Part shown: positions 35,776 through 41,292 of the stretch, piece by piece
Layout of the letters: every line of letters starts with the position of its first letter
Numbering within the stretch: the first letter of the stretch is position 1
UHGV virus genome: UHGV-1356875
Length of the DNA: 41,292 bases
From: a virus
Strand: one strand, 5' to 3'
Translations under genes and position numbers: made by a program
The notes under the pieces: model-generated
Told to the model about the DNA's origin: nothing
Databases searched by the model: none
Seen by the model: only the letters and a program-made list of their open reading frames with translations

Positions 35776-37725
35776 TTATATAGTCTCCATTCTTAATGTT
35801 TTATCTTGGCCACTTACTACTAATTGAATTTGTTGTGCTTCTGTCGGAATAATATCTGTCACACTTTCCGCGTTATCTATGAAGATTGGTGCAGTGATTC
35901 CATAGTGTGTGGATAATGTGTTAATAACATCTAATCCAACATTGATTCTTGCTGCGTTGTTAAGGCCACCGTTATATTCAACGCCTTCAACTGTGCAGAC
36001 ACATGTTTCTTTGATTTCACCGTTAACTTGATGATTGAATAGCTTAAAGTTAGCCATTTTGAATTTCTTATTAATATTTTCAGTCAGCATTTTGACTTTG
36101 GTAGTTGTAAATTCTTTCAAGATATAAAGTTGATGTTCATAATCCTCTTTCTTATCAAGTAGTTGATCTTCTTCGCTGCGTAAATCCTTAATGACTTTAT
36201 CCAAATGTTCATTTGAACTTTCAATCGCTTTAGCATTTTCAAATGCAACTTTTTCTTGAGTGAGTTCATTAATTTGTTCATCAATCTTGGCTACTTTATC
36301 GCTAATAGTAGTTTTAATATCTTTACGTTTCTGATTGATTACATTGATGTCATTTAGAATTGATTTGTACTCATCAGTTTGAGTAATATCAACATTGCCT
36401 GCTTTCAATTTATTAATTCGATTTTCAATACGTTGCACTCTTTCATTAGCTTCATTGACTTTAATTTGTAAGTCATTGTTTTCGCTTTCTAATCTTTCGA
36501 TTAGTGGCTTGATTTCTTTGCCATCAGAAAGTATCTTTTCAGTCTTTTGTTTTAGGTTCTCTAAATCTTCAGATTGTTGTTTATTAAATTTGGCCAATGC
36601 TTTTTTATTTACTTCTTCAACTTGTTCAGGTGGTAATGCTTGGCCACAACAAGAGCAAACATTATCAGTACTAGGTTGAAATTGTCTTGCTCTAACTTCT
36701 TCTTCTTTTTCTTTGAAATCGTGATACTCAGATAGCAATGCTTGACGACGTTTTGATTCGTAATCAATTTGTTGTTTGTTGTTTCTGATTTTCGTTTCTA
36801 AGTTGGCCACTGTACCATTTTCTACGCTCAATTCATTTGTTGCTGAATGAATACGACTTTCATTGTTAGCATCATGATTATCTTCAAGACGTTTCAGTTC
36901 TGCTTGTTTATCTGCAAGTTGATTACGAAGGTCAATCTCAGACTTACCATTCTGAATATCAACTCTCTCATTACCTAACTGTTCAATTTTTTGTTTAACT
37001 GTGTTGTAACGTTCTTCGTCATGCTCAGGGACATCTTGTTTATTGCTTTCAGTTTGATTGATTCTGACTGGTATATCTTCAATGTCTTTTCTAATTTGCT
37101 TAATCTTATCGTTTAGGATTTTTGTTTTTACTTCGATATCATGATCACCTAAGATATCTTTTAAATCCTTAAAGTCCTTATTCGTTTTGATGATATCTTC
37201 ATCATTAATTTGGTCTGCAATTTCAAATAACAATTCACGTTGTTTCTTCCATTCCAAGTCATTAAATGCTGCAGGATTAGTAATGAGTTTAAATACATCT
37301 TCATCTACCAGTTCAGCGATACGACTTTGGAAATCTTTTACTTTTAAACTTTCATCATTGATATACTGTTTCTTTGTTCTAGAACGACTATATTCTTTGC
37401 GATTATTACTTTGATTTTTAGTGTATTTGGGATGGCTTTCTTTTCTGATTTTTAAATTTTTACCATCTTTATTTAATTCAACTTCAACTGTTGGAATAAG
37501 TTCATAATCTTCTTCGTTATTTTCTTTTAACGGTACTGGATTAAATGACTTCGTTGAGCCATCTAAACCTTTATCAAATAACAACCACTGTAGTGCAGTT
37601 GCTGTAGTAGTCTTACCTGTGCCATTAGCTCCGTACACTCTTGCATCTTGGCCGTTAAATTCAAATGTTTGTTTCTTAAAGCCTGCAAAGTTTTCGATTG
37701 TCAGTTTGTTAATAGTTAAATTCAT
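35776..37725 (-). CDS. SMC/SbcC-like AAA ATPase (Walker A GANGTGKTT, long coiled coil), partner of RecT
   Basis: Walker A at the N-terminus, about 350-aa coiled coil and a C-terminal signature region. Stop overlaps the recT start. Confidence 0.55.
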   Translation of the reverse strand: MNLTINKLTIENFAGFKKQTFEFNGQDARVYGANGTGKTTTATALQWLLFDKGLDGSTKSFNPVPLKENNEEDYELIPTVEVELNKDGKNLKIRKESHPKYTKNQSNNRKEYSRSRTKKQYINDESLKVKDFQSRIAELVDEDVFKLITNPAAFNDLEWKKQRELLFEIADQINDEDIIKTNKDFKDLKDILGDHDIEVKTKILNDKIKQIRKDIEDIPVRINQTESNKQDVPEHDEERYNTVKQKIEQLGNERVDIQNGKSEIDLRNQLADKQAELKRLEDNHDANNESRIHSATNELSVENGTVANLETKIRNNKQQIDYESKRRQALLSEYHDFKEKEEEVRARQFQPSTDNVCSCCGQALPPEQVEEVNKKALAKFNKQQSEDLENLKQKTEKILSDGKEIKPLIERLESENNDLQIKVNEANERVQRIENRINKLKAGNVDITQTDEYKSILNDINVINQKRKDIKTTISDKVAKIDEQINELTQEKVAFENAKAIESSNEHLDKVIKDLRSEEDQLLDKKEDYEHQLYILKEFTTTKVKMLTENINKKFKMANFKLFNHQVNGEIKETCVCTVEGVEYNGGLNNAARINVGLDVINTLSTHYGITAPIFIDNAESVTDIIPTEAQQIQLVVSGQDKTLRMETI

Positions 37726-37727
37726 TG

Positions 37728-37991
37728 TTAGGCTCCTTTTTTGATTTTTCTTTGGCCACGCATTACTTCAATGACTAAATTCTTTAATCTTTTGTGGCTT
37801 TCTGGTTTAGATTCAAAAATCTGTATCAGTTTATTATTTGTTTTATAATGATCGTGATAGTGTAAGAACTCGATAATGAGTTCGTCGTCAAAAGTACGAG
37901 ATAAACCTAAGTCACACTTTTGATTAGATTTAAAGTATTCATGAACCAGTTCTAGATAAATACTTTGAATTGGTTTAAGCTTTTTAGTCAT
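37728..37991 (-). CDS. Hypothetical early protein
   Basis: ORF only. Confidence 0.3.
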   Translation of the reverse strand: MTKKLKPIQSIYLELVHEYFKSNQKCDLGLSRTFDDELIIEFLHYHDHYKTNNKLIQIFESKPESHKRLKNLVIEVMRGQRKIKKGA

Positions 37992-38069
37992 AATTGACTA
38001 CCTCCGTTATATTTCGTATATTTATGTTAGTTATATTTCGTGAGTGACTGTTACTTGTTGGCGCAAGTT

Positions 38070-38252
38070 TCAGTCTTTTTTTATTTGAAAAAATTCATAT
38101 TCGAAAAATACAAATGTTGCGATACTGATTAATGTTGCGATACCTACTGCAGTTGTGAAGTAGACACCTATTATCGTGAGTGCTAGTGATAGTACGATCC
38201 ATGACAGTAACGATATTAAGAATGCTTTATCGTGTGATTTCATCGGTTTCAC
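38070..38252 (-). CDS. Small 2-TM membrane protein, 60 aa
   Basis: Two hydrophobic helices. Divergent from 38338-39186. Confidence 0.4.
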   Translation of the reverse strand: MKPMKSHDKAFLISLLSWIVLSLALTIIGVYFTTAVGIATLISIATFVFFEYEFFQIKKD

Positions 38253-38337
38253 CCCTTTCTAATTAATTAAGTTTTGCTCCATATTTTCGTGTTATAATCC
38301 TTTTATCGCTACTGCGATAGAATGGAGGTGTTAAATA

Positions 38338-39186
38338 ATGGATCCTATAATTGGTAAAGGTTTAGACAAAATTATTGAAGGTGCTGCTGATGGCCCTATT
38401 AAAACCTTAAATACTACATGGGATTTAATATTTGGTGGCTATCATAATTGGGTTGCTAAAAAACAATATAAGCGTCAACAAGATTTAGAAAACTTTAAAG
38501 CTAATATTGAAGCCAAAGTAAAAAATATACCTAGAGATAACTTAAAAGAACCTGAACTTTCAATAATTGGTCCAGCAATAGAGAGTTCAAAATTCTACAT
38601 TAGTGAAGAAAATATTAGAGAACTTTTTTCTAATTTAATTGCTGCTGCTATGGATGATAGTAAAACAAATGAAATACATCATTCATTCGTTGAATTAATA
38701 AAACAAATGTCTCCTAAAGATGCCGTTTTATTCAAATCCCTTTGTAATCGAGATGCAATTCCTGCTGTTAGGTATAAAGCAGTAAAAGGTAATTATTTGG
38801 GAATGAACTTTTTATCAGATGTTGTAATAAATAATTCTCCATTAACTATTGCTGATACAGAGATTGCATTGAATAACCTTGAAAGAATTGGTTTGTTAAA
38901 AATTGACATTGGGACTAACTATTACACTGATAAAAGGCATTATAATGATTTTTCTAGTTATGAATTTATCGATAAATTTACGAAGCAATATGAAAAAATT
39001 GAACATGATGATTACAGTGATACCTTTTATTTAATTAATCTTTTTGGTGTCGATGCATTAGCTAGTCGTCACAATGTATCTACTGAAGAAATTTATAACT
39101 TAGTAAAACCAGCTTGTATTGAATTCGATAAAGGAATGATAGAAATAACTGCTTTTGGTAAAGCGTTTATCCACTGCTGTTTCTAG
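38338..39186 (+). CDS. Abi-alpha / DUF4393-like protein. Opposite strand to the early operon, with its own extended -10 promoter (TGtTATAAT, 38290-38298).
   Basis: N-terminal region GPAIESSKFYISEENIRELFSNLIAAAMD matches my recollection of the Abi_alpha family core. SD GGAGGTG. Confidence 0.35.
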   Translation: MDPIIGKGLDKIIEGAADGPIKTLNTTWDLIFGGYHNWVAKKQYKRQQDLENFKANIEAKVKNIPRDNLKEPELSIIGPAIESSKFYISEENIRELFSNLIAAAMDDSKTNEIHHSFVELIKQMSPKDAVLFKSLCNRDAIPAVRYKAVKGNYLGMNFLSDVVINNSPLTIADTEIALNNLERIGLLKIDIGTNYYTDKRHYNDFSSYEFIDKFTKQYEKIEHDDYSDTFYLINLFGVDALASRHNVSTEEIYNLVKPACIEFDKGMIEITAFGKAFIHCCF

Positions 39187-39296
39187 TGTATTGAAAAAGG
39201 TTTTCCTATAGCTTTTTTATAATTTCTAGCACTTCTAATCTCCTCCACCAAGATAACGATTAGGAGTGCTATTTTAATGAGTTGTAGTTTGTTCAT
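39186..39296 (-). CDS. 36-aa hydrophobic peptide MNKLQLIKIALLIVILVEEIRSARNYKKAIGKPFSIH
   Basis: Strong SD GGAGG 9 nt before the ATG. One TM helix plus a basic tail. Not in the ORF track. Confidence 0.35.
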
Positions 39297-39311
39297 TTTG
39301 TTTTGCCTCCT

Positions 39312-39518
39312 CTAAAGTGCCGTTTCTGACATCATTAAATTTTGTTCTATAAAGTCAATTGCTGGTCTAATCTTGATGTAGCGTTTATGATTCTTACCAA
39401 AGCGGTACATAAATTGTTCTTGAAACTCCTTGTTGCTATAAACATGCTTTTCTAAATCGTTTTTAGAAATGCCACTTACTTTTACGAATTCTTTGGCGTC
39501 TGCGAACCCAATGTATTC
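39312..39518 (-). CDS. DUF771-like small phage protein (MEYIGFADAKEFVKVSGISKNDLEKHV...YIKIRPAIDFIEQNL)
   Basis: SD AAAGGAA 9 nt before the internal ATG. The longer ORF-track N-terminus looks like antisense junk over the + gene. Confidence 0.5.
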   Translation of the reverse strand, partial: EYIGFADAKEFVKVSGISKNDLEKHVYSNKEFQEQFMYRFGKNHKRYIKIRPAIDFIEQNLMMSETAL

Positions 39519-39578
39519 CATGAAAATCATTCCTTTCGTGTATAATGTTTTTATCCCTTTATGAAGGGAGGTGATGTT

Positions 39579-39917
39579 GTGCTTACTAATGAAGCTGAGT
39601 TCGTTTTGCTTCAACTTTATCGTTGTTATGAAGACGATCTTCAAGATGGTAAAAATAAAAGTGAAGCAAGGTATTTCGAAGATGAACATAGTGTTCGCGA
39701 TAATTACTTTATTGGAATAGATTCTGAAGATTTTCATTTAGCTCTAAAGGAACTTTCAAGCTACGGTTATTTAAATACACCGAAATCAACAATGGATGGC
39801 TACCCAGAATTCATACTTGAACCATCAGCTATAGCTGAGATGCAAAATCGCTACACGAAGAATCTAAATAAAGTATTAAAAAGGATTAACGAATTGAAAA
39901 AGTTAATTCTTTTTTAG
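39579..39917 (+). CDS. Hypothetical protein; likely GTG start after SD GGGAGGTGA
   Basis: Protein-like composition. Divergent from the 39312-39518 gene, with a TATAAT-containing intergenic region. Confidence 0.4.
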   Translation: MLTNEAEFVLLQLYRCYEDDLQDGKNKSEARYFEDEHSVRDNYFIGIDSEDFHLALKELSSYGYLNTPKSTMDGYPEFILEPSAIAEMQNRYTKNLNKVLKRINELKKLILF

Positions 39918-40136
39918 CCCCACTACTTCCCAATCATCTGCTAATAAGTCTTCTGCCATTGGTTGCCATAATGGATAGAAGGCTTTTTGTCTTGGTTTCA
40001 CGACTACATATCCATAACTGTTTGTAGGTAAAAGTTCTAAGTTGTCACCCGGTTTTTTAAATGTGTCAAATTCAGACGAGCGATAAATCGGTTTACCATT
40101 TTTCATAGCTAATTTAGTCGCCTCTTGAATGTTCAT
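39903..40136 (-). CDS. Small conserved phage protein (MNIQEATKLAMKNGKPIYR...)
   Basis: ORF with an SD. Resembles a common small staphylococcal phage ORF. Confidence 0.4.
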   Translation of the reverse strand: MNIQEATKLAMKNGKPIYRSSEFDTFKKPGDNLELLPTNSYGYVVVKPRQKAFYPLWQPMAEDLLADDWEVVGLKKN

Positions 40137-40176
40137 TCCATTTCCTCCTCCTTAAATTGTTTTTTGATTGTGGGTA

Positions 40177-40923
40177 TTAAAGTTCTTCCGCTAAAAATTT
40201 ATTAATAAAGTATTGTTGTCCTTTACCTGTTACTTTTGGCGTCTTACTAATTGATGTATGACCATCTGAATGTGTGATTGATGTTTCCTTAATTTCGAAC
40301 AACTCACGTTCCATTGAGTATTGTGTCGGCATGTTGTAGTCGACACCTTGACGTTTAATTAAGAAACCGTTTTGTCGTAACCATTCAAACAATCTTCGTT
40401 GTCCGATATTGACACCATTCTGTTTAATGATTTTCGCCAACTCACCCACTAAGATAGAAGTTTTTGTTGTAGCTACTGCGTCTGCGAATAACACTTTAGG
40501 TTTGTTTTTCTCAATTTGTGTTTCAAGTTGATTAATTGTGTTATTAGCCATCTTCAATGCGCGTTTCATAATCATTTCTGGACTATTCCATGCTTTTTCT
40601 ACTTGAATGAAATATTGTCTTGCGCGTTTACCAGGTTCACTACGTTGGATCATTGCGATTTCTTTTGCGGTATCTAATGTTAGTGCATGGTCAAAATAGT
40701 TAATCGCGTTACCTTGAGCTGTTACTCTTTTTTGAGTAAGAGCTGTATAATCGTTATTTTCTTCAAAACCGTAATTAATCATTCTCTCGAACCAATCGTT
40801 ATATCTCGTCTTAACTTCTAATGCTTTATGAAGTTCTCGACCACTTATTGCGATTTCTCCGTCTTCTTTTTCTTGAATGTTGAACATTTCTCCGATGTTC
40901 GATTTAGTTTGTAAATCTTGCAT
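40177..40923 (-). CDS. Antirepressor (AntA/Bro-N-like N-terminus plus KilA-C C-terminus)
   Basis: ISGRELHKALEVKTRYNDWFERMINYGF (N-terminal domain) and LFADAVATTKTSILVGELAKII...QRRLFEWLRQNGFL (KilAC). SD AAAGGAG before the internal ATG at 40923. Confidence 0.65.
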   Translation of the reverse strand: MQDLQTKSNIGEMFNIQEKEDGEIAISGRELHKALEVKTRYNDWFERMINYGFEENNDYTALTQKRVTAQGNAINYFDHALTLDTAKEIAMIQRSEPGKRARQYFIQVEKAWNSPEMIMKRALKMANNTINQLETQIEKNKPKVLFADAVATTKTSILVGELAKIIKQNGVNIGQRRLFEWLRQNGFLIKRQGVDYNMPTQYSMERELFEIKETSITHSDGHTSISKTPKVTGKGQQYFINKFLAEEL

Positions 40924-40971
40924 ATTGTTTATGCTCCTTTCTGCTATACTCCTTATAAGGAGGTGATAAGT

Positions 40972-41235
40972 ATGAAAAGTTATGTCGTTTCTTATGATTT
41001 GAATAACCAAAAGGATTATTCAAAGTTGATTAAAGCAATAGAAGATTATCCTAACTCTGCAAAAATCAATAAGTCTGTTTGGTTCATTAACTCAGAACGC
41101 AGTGCCAAGTCCATTCGAGATGAACTGAGAGATTTTATTGATAATGATGACAGCTTATTTGTAGCTACATTAACAAGTGAAGCTGCTTGGCGTAATGTCA
41201 TTTGTGGCTCTAGTCATTTGAAATCACATCTCTAG
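40972..41235 (+). CDS. Small (88 aa) ferredoxin-like Cas2/VapD-like protein
   Basis: MKSYVVSYDL...SVWFINSE...DSLFVATL mirrors the Cas2 beta1-alpha-beta pattern (MLVLVTYDV...NSVFEC...DSLRVY). Strong SD AAGGAGGTGA. Terminator downstream. Confidence 0.35.
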   Translation: MKSYVVSYDLNNQKDYSKLIKAIEDYPNSAKINKSVWFINSERSAKSIRDELRDFIDNDDSLFVATLTSEAAWRNVICGSSHLKSHL

Positions 41236-41242
41236 TTTTTGT

Positions 41243-41266
41243 TTTGAGCCTCTCTTTTTGAGGGGC
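41243..41266 (+). terminator. Rho-independent terminator GAGCCTCTCtttttGAGGGGCTT plus a T-rich tail
   Basis: 8-9-bp stem read directly. Confidence 0.5.
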
Positions 41267-41292
41267 TTATTCTTATTTCTACAAACTTATCT

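Noticed and set aside
39519-39737. N-terminal 70 codons of the 141-aa - strand ORF
   Set aside because: This part overlaps the + strand gene 39579-39917 in antisense and translates to hydrophobic junk. A good SD precedes the internal Met, so only 39312-39518 is called.
40918-40971. 18-codon N-terminal extension (MHIVYAPFCYTPYKEVIS) of the Cas2-like ORF
   Set aside because: No SD upstream. A strong SD precedes the internal ATG at 40972, so the extension is probably not translated.
1-41292. Search for tRNA, rRNA and CRISPR arrays, plus IS or transposase genes
   Set aside because: No cloverleaf-compatible segments, no regularly spaced repeat-spacer arrays and no transposase-like ORFs were seen. 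No host DNA appears to be present.

Overview
This window is a complete or near-complete temperate Staphylococcus siphovirus genome, about 33% GC, in the phi11 / 80alpha / CoNS-phage style. The lysin, holin and CHAP domains resemble S. aureus phage proteins but are diverged, so the host is possibly a coagulase-negative Staphylococcus.

The sequence is circularly permuted. The cI/cro switch opens the window, the integrase (+) sits beside the lysin (-) with an attP-like repeat region between them (5641-6305), and the early region runs off the right edge and re-enters at position 1. It is therefore a phage or replicative-form genome rather than an integrated prophage with host flanks.

Module order on the - strand, from high to low coordinates:
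- Early genes: a KilA-C type antirepressor (here 'antirepressor'), a DUF771-like protein, an opposite-strand Abi-alpha-like gene, an SMC-like ATPase, RecT, an MBL-fold protein, SSB, a replisome organizer carrying internal iterons, RusA and a dUTPase with an insertion.
- Late control: a RinB-like gene and an ArpU/RinA/LtrC-type late activator.
- Packaging: HNH, a GC-rich cos candidate, TerS (P27 family), TerL, portal, prohead protease and an HK97-type capsid with a delta domain.
- Tail: connector proteins, major tail protein, G/GT chaperone with an A_AAA_AAG -1 frameshift, a 1571-aa tape measure carrying SLT and M23 domains, Dit, Tal, a tail protein with a possible M14-like domain, a fibre-like protein and a PghP-like gamma-PGA hydrolase, followed by three membrane proteins.
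- Lysis: holin and a CHAP/amidase/SH3b endolysin.

The most interesting region is the accessory island between cI and int (1218-4590), which holds two gene cassettes. The first is a small ORF plus a CapA-like PGA-synthesis homolog. The second is a tiny lipoprotein, a SpoOM-like protein and a 327-aa protein with an Rx4H HEPN-like motif (AbiD/F-like). Each cassette ends in a copy of a novel ~165-bp conserved element closed by a terminator hairpin.

Other candidate accessory or defence loci:
- an opposite-strand Abi-alpha-like gene diverging from a 2-TM gene (38070-39186);
- a small hydrophobic peptide (39186-39296);
- a Cas2/VapD-like small protein (40972-41235);
- a self-contained secreted-protein moron between tail and lysis (8218-8634).

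Three genes appear to start at AUA or AUU codons behind good SD sites.

All family assignments come from reading motifs, with no database searches run.
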